A stretch of 63,744 nucleotides of DNA, filler included, from Hausera hauseri (lineage: Eukaryota), in assembly GCA_046269625.1 (NCBI GenBank). It is 11 parts of 11 records of this genome, joined end to end, with 100 filler letters (N's around TTAATTAATTAA, not from the genome) between each part and the next. Parts side by side here need not be neighbours in the genome. Positions count along the whole stretch, not along the records: positions 25,395 to 30,304 come from JBJURY010393701.1; positions 30,405 to 35,604 come from JBJURY010309165.1; positions 35,705 to 39,738 come from JBJURY010805087.1; 8 more parts are not named here. One strand, given 5' to 3'. Below, piece after piece: positions 25,531 to 38,977 of the stretch (positions are counted from its first letter, which is position 1; the number at the start of each line of letters is the position of its first letter). The position numbers and the translations under genes were made by a program. The notes under the pieces were generated by a model. It had not been told where the DNA came from. It saw only the letters and a program-made list of their open reading frames with translations, and made no database searches.

Positions 25531-27611
25531 ATTGCATTATAAAATTGGTGTCAAATCTCTTTTGCTTTTAACGAGTTGCAATAAACCCAAAAAATTGACG
25601 GATATTAATGCTGCCCAAAAGACTGCCAATCAGTTGAAATTAATTTCTGAAAACGACATGATTACCGACCACAAGGGATTCCGATATGATAATAAACACA
25701 AAGACAAATAGGATAATATTACATTGAAAGATCCGAGAAATAAATTATTCATTCTGAATAAAAAAGATGAAATCGATTTAGTTGTTCCGCAATTTTTGTT
25801 TGACAAAAATTCTCTGGAAAGTCCACCGGAAAAGGAAGTTACATTTAGCAATTTGAACGACAATATTAATAACAAGAATTTGGAGGATGTGTAATTTGTG
25901 CGGTACCGTTGACGAAATAAAAATTTTGTATCATCCGATGACAAAACGTCATTTGGGATTAGCTAAAGTCTTATTTCGTAGTTCACGGAGTGTGAGAATG
26001 TGTGTGGAAAAATACAGCAATACATCTAAAATGGGAAATATCATGAAAGTACAAGTTGACGTTTTGGGAAAACTCCGTGATGAACTGCTGATTAACATTC
26101 TTAATCCACCGACCGTATCGAGTTCTGTTGCGGAAAACAAAACCAAACCGGTTACATCGTTTAATTTCTATCCAAACGAACCGTCACATTCAAACAATTT
26201 CGTAATGTCGTCTGATGACGTTGCCAAACCAACCAGACAATTCTCACATGATTCTAAACCGGATGGAAATTCCATTGATTCACAACGAATATCAAATACG
26301 ACTGAAATGGACAATATATCCGAATGCGGCAGCAATAAAAGTTCTCGTAAATATACCCAGTGTAATAATGTTGTTTCGTCGTCTATCGACCCCAGTCGAA
26401 TGGTGGCTAGCTCTCTCACCAACGAACCACTTGAACCATTGGATATTCATATTCAGAAACTGCTGACAGGTACCAGTCTTATCAACGAGTCACAGCAGAA
26501 GCCTGTAATTAATAGCAATGATATTTCGTCTTCTACTGAACTATATAATGATGATGACGTTTTCACTCAGCAAAATACGCTAATTCATCCAACATCAAAT
26601 TCTTTTAATCAAGTTGCAAACAACTGTTTTCCCGATTCGGATGATAAAGTCAGTCGTTCGGATATTCAATCGTCGGATGAAATTAAAGCCAAATTCATGG
26701 GAACCACTCATATGTCTAATGTTATCCGATATCCAATTGTGAAAACCCCACCGAAAAAACTTACCGATAGGGATATAATCGAGATTCTTGAAAAATTAAA
26801 AAAGCATTTCATAGAGGATTTAAAGGAAATTCTTCATCGGGATATTTGTAAAAAAGTCATTGAAACGACCGCGTATGGTTCTTTTAACAATTGGTGGGAT
26901 TTTAAGGAAAATGAATATAAAGTGAGTTGGTATTTTATTACAACAAGCAAACTATAGTTTTATTTTGCTTAAGAAAATTCTTATATAGTTCTATTTTTTT
27001 ACAAGCAATTACTTTTTATATTTTTCAAATGATACCTTTTGGTAATTGTGAGTGTTTATGAAATTATTTGCGGTAACTTTTTGAATTATGTAACTCACTG
27101 ATGAACTAATCTGAATAGTGTTCATCCAATAAAATTTTATGGAAATAAATACAAATTGTTTATTTATCAGAGTACGACCGTTGAAAAACAAGAAATCCCC
27201 GAAGTAGGAAGCAATTTAAAATCCACACACGTCCAGGATTCCCTATCCAAATACGATTCATCGAATTTATTTCAATCACATATCACTAACTATATAAGCC
27301 TGCAGAAAATTAAAAGATTAACGAAGCCGAGATCACCGAAAGACGAACTCTGCAATATTTGCTATACCAGGTTAATGCAGAAGTCTGAAGTTATTTTATT
27401 TGAATGTGACTTAGGGGAAAACGATCAGATTGTGAAAATAAATAATGAAACCGTATCTAATCACTCTGTTGATCAAATTATATCCAAATTGATGGATTTA
27501 TCTTCTGTGATCTCAGATTCGGATTATATTAGTCTGTGCGTCAGAAGAGTAAGTAACGAAGACGATGACTTGCTGGGCAGTGAAATGTCTGAAAACGAGG
27601 AGCAAGACTAA
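25531..27611 (+). pseudogene. SETD1: SETD1/Set1 H3K4 methyltransferase, N-terminal part (RRM and downstream helical block), disrupted; no SET domain in the contig
   Basis: KEVTFSNLNDNI..../MCNLCGTVDEIKILYHPMTKRHLGLAKVLF...MGNIMKVQVD and LKEILHRDICKKVIETTAYGSFNNWWD match SETD1A/B. In-frame TAG at 25709, frameshift near 25885, GT-AG intron 26922-27170. Confidence 0.88.
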
Positions 27612-27706
27612 AAAAAATCAGTGACGAAGAACAGTATGACAATTGTATTCATGGTGGTAAAAATAAAGATGATCAAATTTGTGACACTGCAGATTCTATA
27701 TGCTTT

Positions 27707-30304
27707 TTGTCTCCTGTTGATTCACTTAACGCAGCCGTTGTTTTGGACTCTCAAACGGTGTCCCTTAAATCGGCCATGATACCTCAAACGTTTAATTTGG
27801 TTGACAACGCAACAAATCAAAAAAATATCTTCAAAAATCCATCTCCAATTGTATCTACGAAACCATTTAAGACATTTTCAGAGTGTGAAAGTGAAAAAAC
27901 TGCTAAACTATCAGTACAAGACAAAATTGCAAAACTGGAGTCTCAGAACATTACATCGCCGGGCAGACTTAGTTCTTCATGGAACGTGTCCAAATCATGT
28001 TCTGGCGAATCTGTTCTGAATAAAACAAGTTTATCTGGTGATCGGTGTTCATGGAATTCTGAGAATATTAAACCCAAACCCGTCGGATCGGTGAATTCGA
28101 GTCTGTCAAATTTATATCATTTTTGGGAAACCGAATCCCCAAAAACGATATCCACCTGCAGTCATGAGAATTTTAGTGTTAGTACAAAAGTGGCCCTGTC
28201 TTCTGTTCATACCACCATTAATGAGAAATGTATGTGTAAATATCCAATTAGAAACTACCGAACAACATGAGGATACGATGAATATTAATTTAGCCAATAC
28301 TTGGAATAATACATTTTCATTTAGTAATTCCAACACATCCGATGATGTATCAGGCTTGAATGAGATAATTATGGCTCCTCGGTTTAACTCCGTGAACAAA
28401 CCAACGTATACTTCAATTCCTAACGACATAGACAGCGATAGTTTATATGACGACAGTAATACTACAGAACATCGGAAAAATAATTTCACATTTGCTACAA
28501 ACTACGGTAATATGGCATCGACCTTGATCGTTTCGGACTCTGACATCTGAAATATGCAGGGGTCTTTTTGAGGGTCAGCAGTTTCAAACATCAACGGGCA
28601 TTCAGACAAATCTTGTCTCAAATAATCCTCCGTTCAATTGTACAACAGCTTTTGAAAATAAGTCCACAGAATCATTGACCTTTTCACTAGAATTTGACAG
28701 AACTGCAATGAAAAGTCCTGTAAGCGAATTCACGTCTACTATTCCTGCACCAACTCTTTTCAAAAATCCTTCTCAAGCCGACAGTTCAATTTCCGCCATG
28801 TTTTCTCATCCGAAATCAAAGGGGGATAAGAATCAACCATCTGAACTCAGCTCGGCGTCAAAGCTGTCCAAACGAAGTCAATCAAAAGATTCGACTTCAA
28901 TGGTAAGCAGCAAACGGTCCCAAAGCACCAAGGATTTACGGTTATTCGAAGAAAATCTTTATAATAAAGATCAGAAACCGGTCCAAAGGAAAAGTGTAAC
29001 ATATAGCGATGATTTTGCACACTCTTATTCGAACGACTTAAAATCTTTAGGTTATATTCAGGCTTCAACTCAGTCAAACACTCATACAAAAAATTATACT
29101 ATTGAGAAACATGAAAATTTTTGTATTCATGGTTTAATTGAGCGAGCGAAGAAAATCCACAAATGCCTTTTAAATGGATGCAATGATTGCACATCGTTCA
29201 CCGATGACAATTTGTAGTACGAATGCGCGATTTGCTCGCCCTATAACAGTATTAAACGCGAATTTGCTCATAGATATCAAACTTGTGAAGAATTTCTGGG
29301 GTCAAATGGTACTGACACTGATTATCGCAAAAACGAAATATGCAAAAAGTTCAAATCTCGTCCAAACGAAGTCATTGTCAAACCTCCATTTCAAAACATT
29401 CAGTTTGTCCGCGACTCCTCTTTGAAACAAACAAGATCACTTAACAGTAATCCTATGTACATTTTGCCTATTCCACAACAATTCCCTTCCACTCAAACAG
29501 CAAATTCGTTGTTTAAATATGTGAAACAAAGCAATCCTCAATCTGTCAAAGCTGTTCAGGAGTTAGCGGAATCAGCTCAGTTGATGCAAAAACCTCGAGA
29601 ACGATTGTCAGAGTCTTTATCAATTAAAAGTAATGATTTACATATGGTTACGCCATCATTTGTAATGCGAAACGACGCTACTGATAATCTGGGTGAGGAA
29701 TTGAGGGTGACCGCTCCCGTTGCATCGCATCCCCTTTCTTTTCTTATCTTTTCTAATAATAAACATGTCCACACATTAAGGGTTACGCACAAAAAACAGG
29801 TCATTCTTTATTCTGAATTGTCCTCTTATTTCGGCTCCTTCGATTTTTATTTTATGCACAACGGTCTAACTTTGCAACCTTACGACTCTCTTTCATCCTT
29901 TTCACCCGAGAAATATTCCATCACTCTCACTGTTTATTTTCGCATTTGTGGTGGATCAGACCTTGACTCTTCTCTCCAAAATTTTAACAAAAACCAGGTC
30001 TGGTCGTCGTCCTGTCAACCCCACACCATCAACATCTTCAAACCTTCCCTGTACAGACTTTTTCCTAGATAAAACGAACTCGAACCGAACTTGGTTACAG
30101 TTTCACCTTCAATGGCTCAAAGCCAATCATATTACAGATTCCTTCCTGCGAGCTAACAGTTTGCTGCTATTATTTCCAGCTAACATCAAGCAGCAGATAA
30201 GTAATCTGGCTGACATACTCTCTTCTTCAAGCCCGTATGATATGCTGTATGAATCGGTTCTACATATCACCGACCCTTCCATCGACAGCATAATCCAGAA
30301 GTAT
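27707..30304 (+). mobile_element. Gypsy copy A: long pre-Gag leader (Ser-rich, Cys/His domain), ubiquitin-like domain (29734-29955), start of Gag capsid
   Basis: 28675-30072 is one frame with a single stop. The Gag N-terminus TWLQFHLQWLKANHITDS...PYD.LYESVL...PSIDSIIQKY is homologous to copies B and C. The 5' boundary is uncertain. Confidence 0.75.
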
Positions 30305-30404
30305 NNNNNNNNNNNNNNNNNNNNNNNNNNNNNNNNNNNNNNNNNNNNTTAATTAATTAANNNNNNNNNNNNNNNNNNNNNNNNNNNNNNNNNNNNNNNN
30401 NNNN

Positions 30405-30957
30405 ATTTAGTGCAAAAATCAAAAATAAAAAGTATTTCGAAGCAGTTAACGAAGGAAAACAACTGTCCGATGATCGAATATCGAACTTGAAACATTTTTC
30501 ATCGTCTGTACCACCAGGAGATATATTAAACAATCATCGATTGGTTGATAGTGTTCATTCATGTGAAACAACCGAAGCCGATACGAGTAGCACATTACCA
30601 AGTCATAATTTTACAAGTCCCGAAAGCAATCAATCGTTGCAATCTTATAGACCAAACGGTGTCATGTCTGATCCTCTGTCAAATCAGTCCGATAGATCAT
30701 CATTGGCAAATGGTGATTTCCCAACGTACCCATCTGAATCGTCCCAATTTCCTTGTCAGAAAACCGCTCAAAAGACTAAAGTCGAAACGAGTATAAGTAA
30801 TAAAGCATCGACGTCAAGCTGGGAACTGCCGGATCTTGGCAGTAATTTGGATTTTGACAATGGAAATCACATTCCGGAATTTTCTGATTCAGACGATGAT
30901 TGTAACAATCTTATAAATATTGACAGAATTAAATGTCTCCTTGAAGCTGACACGTAA
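30405..30957 (+). CDS. Ser/Asp-rich low-complexity coding segment, probable exon of an unidentified gene
   Basis: Open frame of over 150 codons with a possible GT donor at its end (GACAC|GTAAATT). Confidence 0.35.
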
Positions 30958-32061
30958 ATTATTAATCAAATATCGGAAATTATTATTCAGAGAATCTAAT
31001 TAGAAAATTTTCTTTTTTACTGATATTCTTGGAAATTCTCACTCCGTTTTTATCTCCCCCCGTGTTCTTCTTTTTTGTTGTTTGCTGTTTCTATTTTTTG
31101 TGAATAATTTCAGCATGGCCTTATTAATCTCATTGTTATGGTCATTAGGTGATTTAGTTTTCCTGACTCGTTTGGCTTTGATTTGCTTTCAGATTGAACT
31201 TATTTCTGACGAAGATAACCTTATTAAAAAGGACAAGGAAGAAAAACATGAGAAATTTGCTACTTGTACAAAATTAATCTATATTGTTCGTGTTGTGCAG
31301 CAGAATTTGTAATTCAACATGTTATCTTTAATAATAATACTACTTATTATATTGAGTACCTTATTTGTTTGAATTTTACGGTTTATTGGACGACGACATT
31401 GTTTCTTTTTTATTGTTCCAGTTGACGATTTCTATCATTGTTTTTGTGTGCGCGTAGCATGAATGTGTATGTGTTAATTTGAAATTTGTTTAAATAATGT
31501 AAAGTTATTTTTTACAAGTGTAAAAATTTTGATTAAATTGATTTTTTTATATCAGCCATTTTCTTTTGTCGATTTTAGAAGCTAATCTTTTGGAATTATT
31601 TTATATACGCGGCGATTTATCAGTTAAATTAACAATAATGACTTCAATTAGTTAATTATTAAAGTTCGATATAAAGTGGGATAAAACAATCCAGGAATAT
31701 TTGGTTGATAAAGAGTTATAGAAAATATTCCAATGGTCAAACACAATATTCAAACGTTTGACCATGTATCACATGACTATTCACCACAAATGAGAAAATT
31801 CAGATAACATCTCGACTCATAAATGCTACGACAAACTACCACCCATCATTACTCATGAATTTCTCGATCTCATCAATGCTCGTATTGGTCTCAAGTTAGA
31901 ATGCCATTCATACGACGTATGAATAACGTAACGATTTTGGTTGAAAAGAGCTGTACGACACATCTTTTCCCTGATTTCGTCGTTTGCGAGGAGTCTGATT
32001 CTCTAACCCGTATAAACTGTTCTATTGAGAATTCTTTGTGAGTGAGTGATAATACTCAGAT

Positions 32062-32205
32062 TGTAGGAGATCAGTGCAGAGAATTTGTTTGTATATTTCA
32101 AAGCCATTCTTTCATTTTCAGCATTGGAACGAAAGCATAGTCACCTGGCGAGGAAGATCTCATCACCGATCCACCAACCAGTGCAACCACATTCAAGGCA
32201 CTACA
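32062..32205 (-). repeat. 144-bp 3' LTR of element 2 with TGTAG...CTACA inverted termini
   Basis: Follows a purine tract; begins TGTAG and ends CTACA on the minus strand (perfect 5-bp inverted termini). Confidence 0.8.
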
Positions 32206-35200
32206 TCAGCTCTCGTGGCAAGATGAAGACTATCAAGACGAAAACAGATGGGGATTATAGTAGGAAAAGAAGAACTTGTACCTATTCGGTTTTGGTCCGT
32301 GTTAGACGTTGGACTTCGTCCATGAACTTCTCCCTGCTGTAAGTGCTAAACGTCACATGGGGTGATCTGTTAGATGTTATTGGTGCTTGTGGAGTTGTTT
32401 GAGGGAGAAATACTGTGGATTTTGTGGTGCTTTCGGAGGATGCTTCATAAAAAGGGGAGAGTGGAGAAGAAAGGCCGAGACTGGAGATGGCAGCGAATCG
32501 TGCGATGAATGTGAAATGAGTAGTGGATTTGCAGGCGATGACGGAGAGGCAGATGGTGAGGGAGCAGTAGATGATGAAGGACGTGAAGAGAGCTGATTGT
32601 GACTCGCGAGTGAATGCTGCGAAGGATTAAACTCATTAAGGAAATTAGATGATGGCTCGAGGGTAGAGAAGTTAGAGTTGGAATTTGAAACAATACTGTT
32701 ATCCTGGTCGTCGTCAACAAAAAAGGCTGGCTTGCGATTAGAAATGTGTACGTTGTGAGGTTTGTCCTTGCGTAAAATAGTAGCAGTGTGCGAAGGAAGA
32801 TTAAGTAGTTTGTACGGTCCCATGTATTGAGGCCGAAAACCAGAAGGTGACAGATCCTTCAGCCATACAAACTTGACTGAGTATAAGTTCTCTGAGATAT
32901 AAAATTTGTCTTTATTTATAAGACGGCAGAAGGCATTTGAGTTGACATCAACAAAGTGGGACTGTGCCGCACGAATAACTTCATCTGACGGACTTTCGTC
33001 GAGATTGGCGAGCTCAAATAGTGCAAGAAATGGTGTTCCAAAGAGAGCCTTAGCTGGAGCACAGCCTGTGGTCGTGGATGGCGTGTTGCGCCAATCGAGT
33101 AGGACAAGAGGAAGAATTGAAGTTCAGTTATGATTATTTGCCAGGATTTTTAAGGAAATCTTCATGGTGCGATGAAATCTCTCGAGAAGACCATTTGCCT
33201 GGGTATGGTACGGCGTCACTTGGGCTATCCACAAGTCCTTCACAATAGACTTGAAAGGATCAGCTTCAAATTGCGGACCCTGGTCCGTTATGATGTGACG
33301 TGGTGAGCCAAAACGGCTGAGCCATATCTTGATAAATGCATCTGCTACTAAGTCAATGTTTGTTGATCGAAGCGGAACGGCTTCCGGCCAGCGAGATGCA
33401 CGATCCATCATAGATAAGATACATTGATAACCATTGTCGGTAAGTATAGGACCCACAAGATCTAAATGCACGGTTTCAAAACGAGAAGTGCAAGGGAAGT
33501 TGTAGACTGGTGGTTTGAAGTGTTTATGAACCCTTGACCCAGATCTGTACATCGGTACGCATAGTTGCCCATACAACGTGGCGTTGCAGTAGACAAAATG
33601 TGGCTTTTGAACGCGGATGATGAAGAGAGTGAAAGTGATTGAAAGCTCTCTTTTGTAGCGATTGAGCAAGAATAATTTTCTTGTTGGACGAGTTGGAGGT
33701 GTCATAGACGATGCCATCGATGATTTCAACAGATTTAAAGGCTTTGAGAATATCAGATAATGGCTGATTACTTCTCAGGACCTCAGAGGAGAAAATTGGC
33801 TGAACTGTAATTGAGTTAACCGACCGCGAAAGAAAATCCGCTACTAGATTTTCGGTGCCTGAAATATATTTCATGGAAAAACTAAATGTCGACAGGTATA
33901 ATATCTATCGTTCTTGTCTGGATGATGGCTGTTTCAAGGTCATTATATGAAGTAAAGGCTTTTGGTCGGTTTGAATGGTAAATCGACGTGAAAGAAGCAA
34001 GTGCTTGAAGTGCTTTACTGCTAAGACTACAGCCAAGAGTTCACGGTCGAATGTGGAGTATCGGCTTTCCGGTTGCGTGAACTTTCGAGAATAGAACTCT
34101 AATGGTTCATCAACGCCATTGTATATTGGGTGTAATATCGCACCAGTTGCTGTGGTAGAGGCATCGGTAGTTAATATTAGTTCGGCGTTTTGTTTTGGAA
34201 AGGCCAAGATTTCCACAGTTTTCAGACCTTCCCGAAGGCTATCAAATTGATTTACCAGATCGGGAGTCCAATGGATCAATTGTCTTTTCTTCCCAGATGA
34301 GAGGTGTGCAAACGGTGCCATTAATTCGGAGCAGTGTGGGACGTATTTGTGTACGAAATGCAAAGTCCCAAGAAAACTCCTCATATCGGTAGTTGTAGTT
34401 AGCAACGCTACATTTTTTAATTGTTGTAAGCGATCAGGCTGGGGCGAATGCCCTTCGGGAGTAATTATGTGGCCTAGGAAGTTTGCGCGTTTTTGAAAGA
34501 AACTGCATTTGTCGAAATTAATTTGAAGGTCACTTAGATGCAATCTGTGGAAAATAATTCTAAGATGCTTATGATGTTGTTTTATGGAGCTGGAAGCGAC
34601 TAATATGTCATCTATGTATGGATGAACAAAATCAAGTCCAGAAAGAACGGTATCAATGTGGCGCTGAAAGGTCTGAGATGCACTACGTAGGCCGAAAGGC
34701 ATGAAGATGTACTCGTAAAGACCAAACGGTGTGATGACAGCAGTTTTTGGAATGTCATCAGGCGCAACAGGGATTTGATGGTAGGCCTTTTGCAGATCAA
34801 TAGTAGAATAGGTATTGGTGTTGTTGAGGCTATGGAGAATATCCTTAATAAGTGGCAGTGGATAGGCATCTGTAACAGTTAGATTGTTTAATTGTCGATA
34901 GCCGCCACATGGCCTATAGGTTCCATCTTTTTTTACCACTACATGAAAAGGAGAGGCCCATGGAGAATTATATTTTCGAACGATGCCAGACTTTTCCAGT
35001 TCATTAAACTCCCGCTCCACAGCTTTACGTCTGCTTGGCGACAAGGGTCTGACCTTCTGTTTGATAAGCCTCTGATGCTCTGTTACAATGTGATGATAAG
35101 TTGAGGACGAGAGCTTGAAGTTGATGTCTCTTTTAACTATTTGAAAGCATGATGTTGTAATATATGTTCTAAGATCGGAGTCTAAAGATAAGAAAGATTG

Positions 35201-35604
35201 AGGCGTATCTTTAGAAAGAACAGCTGCGGTGACTGAAGAGAGGCAACTGGCATCGCTACTGTCGACACCTTATTTGGATTTCTGTTTCAAAATGGATATA
35301 GGATTTTTGTTCATAACTGAAGGTGTGCCAACTCTATCGGAAGTTTTTTTAATAGATGAAGAAACGTTTAACATGTTTCCAGATGAGTGCAATGAATTGC
35401 TTCCTAGATTATCTGTGAGACACATGTTTGAAGTTGAAATCGAATTTCTTCTGAGAAGACAGCTGTATTTGCATTCTACCAATAAATCATGAGCGACAAG
35501 GAAATCTTAGCCGATTATGGGAGATTTAATGTTGGCCACGTGGAACTTCCAGACAAACTTATCTGGCAAGTTGGCAAATGTAAAAGTCAATTCCGTGGTT
35601 CCTG
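32062..35604 (-). mobile_element. Ty3/Gypsy (CsRN1-like) element 2: end of protease, RT-RNaseH (379-aa ORF), integrase, 3' LTR
   Basis: SPWASP, DLQKAYHQIP, MPFGL, PYIDDIL, LTTDAS, DRELLA, HLDLVGP, ITDQGPQF, NGLLERFHR, GPY; same family as element 1. Confidence 0.96.
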
Positions 35605-35704
35605 NNNNNNNNNNNNNNNNNNNNNNNNNNNNNNNNNNNNNNNNNNNNTTAATTAATTAANNNNNNNNNNNNNNNNNNNNNNNNNNNNNNNNNNNNNNNN
35701 NNNN

Positions 35705-38700
35705 TTGAGTAAGTGTTATTGTTCAGTGATTTTACAGAAAATACCAGATTTTTATTGCCAACATTGAGCTGTGATTGGCTGTTGACATTGTCTTTTGGAA
35801 GCTTACTGTGTAAAACGTGATAGTTATTGGAATTAGAACGAGGTGCTGACTGTTTTAAAATAGGTGGCTTACTTAATATTAGGCGGTGTTGCCGTTGTGA
35901 TGTTGTCTATACCTGTGTTATGGTTTACAGATGTATTTGCTTTTAGTCAACGTCGGTTACAGTCAACTAGTAAATTATAGTGCGAAAGGAAGTCGGTGCC
36001 AAGTCTTGCTGTTTGGACGTTAGCGAGTGTAAACGTCCAATGAAATAACGAGGAAAAATGTTGTAGAGTGAAAGATAGTTTGCAGTATCCGGCTATACGG
36101 AGAGCTTGACCAGATGCAGTGTATAAAGGTTTTATTTTAGATGAAGAATGCTGAACCAGAAAAGAAAGTGGGAGAAGTGAGATCGCTGCGCTAGTATAGA
36201 TTAGAAAATCTATGGATTGAATGTTAGGATTAGAAATAGCAGCTTTTAATTTGAAGACTGTAAATGAAGTGTGTCGGTGAAAGGAATTGGATAGGTTGCC
36301 TTCCGAGAATACTGGCGGCAAAATCAGTTCTTTGGATTGGTGAGTTAGAATGGTTACTGTTAGAGATGTTGGGACGTCTATCGATGGAGTAGTTTTGTTA
36401 GTTTTGGAGGTACAGCCGGAAATACAATTCCGAGCATTAGATCCGAACTTTGCATAATAGATGCATATTTTATTACCTGAGTGTAGATTCGGCGAATAAT
36501 TTTAACAACCTAAGCAACATTTATTTGCGTTGTTATTAAATTTGTTGTGGTAGTAACATACGAATGACCTCGTGGGTGACGGTGTTCGATTTCTGGAAGG
36601 AAAACGTGTTCGATGTGACGAAGGAACATTCCGATGATGTAACGAAAGGTCATTCAGTTTATCATTGATGGCGTTGATTTTTTGTTGTAGAGCCGCATTT
36701 TCCTGCTCGTAATTGGTTCAGTTGTTGTTCGATAGATGTTTGTCGTTGACTATCATTGATGGTAATAGCAGCTGATATGATGGGTTGTGATTGGATTTGT
36801 AAGATTTCGTGTGCTTTATCGGCCAATTCCTCTAGCTTACCTAAGGCTGTAGAATCTTCAACGACGGTAAGCAAAGCCCTGATCTGAATTGGTAAAGCGT
36901 TAAGGAAATATCGTCGAAGTAGATCAGGGTTATGTTTCTTGGTGACACCTACAGTACGTAAGTGAGCCAATGACGTGCGTAGGAAATCGCTAGTTTTTGT
37001 GTTCACATTGCGTTTTCATTAACAAAACGCTGCATTATTGAATCAATTGATAGTTCTGTCTGTTTTAACACAGCATGGAACATTGTGTATAAGGGTCGGG
37101 GTGTTGAAAGTTGTCCAGTATGTTATGGATTGAGGTCTTTATAGAGTTTGGTAGAAGATAAAGTAGATTATGGGTTTTGGATCACGAGTCTGTGATACCG
37201 TTGGACTGTATCCAGAGTTGATGGAAGTGGAGCCAGGTTTTACTAGATTTCTCATTGTCTATAAAGTATTCAGAGCAATGTGAGGAAGTATTGATAGTAT
37301 TTTTGTGAGAAGAATTTGCATCGGTTGAAGTAGGTGGATGGTTTGCTTTGGGGTAGTACAGAATGGGTTTGGTTTTAGTGGTCGCTTTATCGATGGCGTC
37401 ACCAGTTAGTAAAGCAATCATACCGCCGCGGACCCTAGGATTGATATGTATACATAGATGGTGATGTGAGGCCATGATTTGTTTGAGGTCGGTTAAAATG
37501 AAACCGCTGAGTCAGGTAAAAATCTATATAGGCGGTGGTATTATAAACGAGAGTGTATAATTGCGATGTTTTCACACGTTGTGTGATATATACGGTTTGT
37601 ATTAAGGTATTATTGACATAAAAGGAGAATAAAAACAGCGATGATAGACGGTAAAATGGGTAGAGTGGTATGTCAACGTGGTCGTACGAAGTTAAGAGGG
37701 TTAACTTGCGATAATGTGCCTCGATTCCATCTTGTCTCATTACAGATCCATTAATTTCCATAGATGGTTCGGTATTGGGTTTGAACGGTTTGGTAGGACG
37801 AGGTACGTGTGGTGAGTATTTAACGATGCCACAAGGTGGCTGAGCCATTATATTAAATTCTATGTAGTCATCGTCGAGTTCATGAATTCCTGAGTGTCAA
37901 ATACTTCAGAACGTGAAAGTGTAGTTTACGAATTTTGCCCAATGAAGCTAATTTAGATTTCAATGTAGAATGAGTAATTTTATCGACAGTAGCAAAATAT
38001 CTCAAGAAGCAATGTCGTGGACAAAGGTTAAAGTGAAGCAACGGTTGAATAGAATAAACGAAATTTATCATCTGAGGACTAAAGAAAAGAAGTGTTTTAC
38101 TGAAATGATTTAGGATTCCAAGGGTGGCAGTATTCCTGTCAGAATAATAGCAATATGTATCACCAAAGGACGCCTTCACTAGATAAAAGTTGTAGGTCAA
38201 AAATTCGATACTACCAAAAACGGGCGGAATCATAAAAGGCAAAGAGAAAAGGTAATGCTGCCAACATGGACCGGTAACCATTTCAATAAAATTGAAGTAG
38301 CGAATAGAAATTACACTACCCGAACTTTGGCCGGCCTATATTCTCTTCACCTCGGCGAAAATATTAATGGTATTCTTACAGAAAACGGCCAATGTCGTTA
38401 AATTATGATTCGAAATTGACATAGATAGGAATATTATCCAATAAAACACTGCGCTGTAAGTCTAGTGCGTCATGTAATTCCTTGTGGAAAAAACGCAGAA
38501 AAGTTTGAATGGTCTTAAATCGCCAATTCGGAAATTCTTGTTTGATATTTAGCAGAGCCACATGGGCTTTTATAATCGAAACAGTTCGATTATTCACGAC
38601 TCCAACAAAATCGCGTTTATATTAGTCATATTTGGATTTACAATCAACAAGAGAAAATATGGTAATTTTCGGTTGATTATTTTCGCCAATATTTTTACCG

Positions 38701-38977
38701 ATGATGAGGATGTAAAATGTTGCCCTTCCAATTGATCGTCATTCAGAAGGGGTTCTATATTTATGGTCATATTGAACAATGAAACGTGATCGGTTATCGG
38801 ATAGAGTAAAGCATTCGGTAATCCAAACGGACTACTCCTGTCAACACCGAAATACTGTTTGATCTCACTAAATTGCTGGTTTATCGACAAAGCAAACGCA
38901 CATGACGTTTGCACATAATACGTCTGATTCTTTGCTAATTTCACATCTACGGAAACATAGAACACATATACCACGTA
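35705..38977 (-). mobile_element. Gypsy copy B: leader, ubiquitin-like domain (about 37422-37640), Gag with two CHCC-type knuckles, aspartic protease; decayed
   Basis: PRVRGG, LRRYFLNALP, CYYHNKF...C..GC and CIYYAKFG...C..GC, FLIYTSAAISLLP (degenerate DTGA), LGTDFL; closely related to copy C. Confidence 0.9.

Noticed and set aside
38740-38975. Second ubiquitin-like domain at the start of the copy B leader
   Set aside because: Only a vague strand pattern; no HNG motif and no terminal GG.
32062-38977. Element 2 and copy B as one full-length retrotransposon
   Set aside because: They are separated by a linker, and both sides contain the protease C-terminus with different sequences, so they are different elements.
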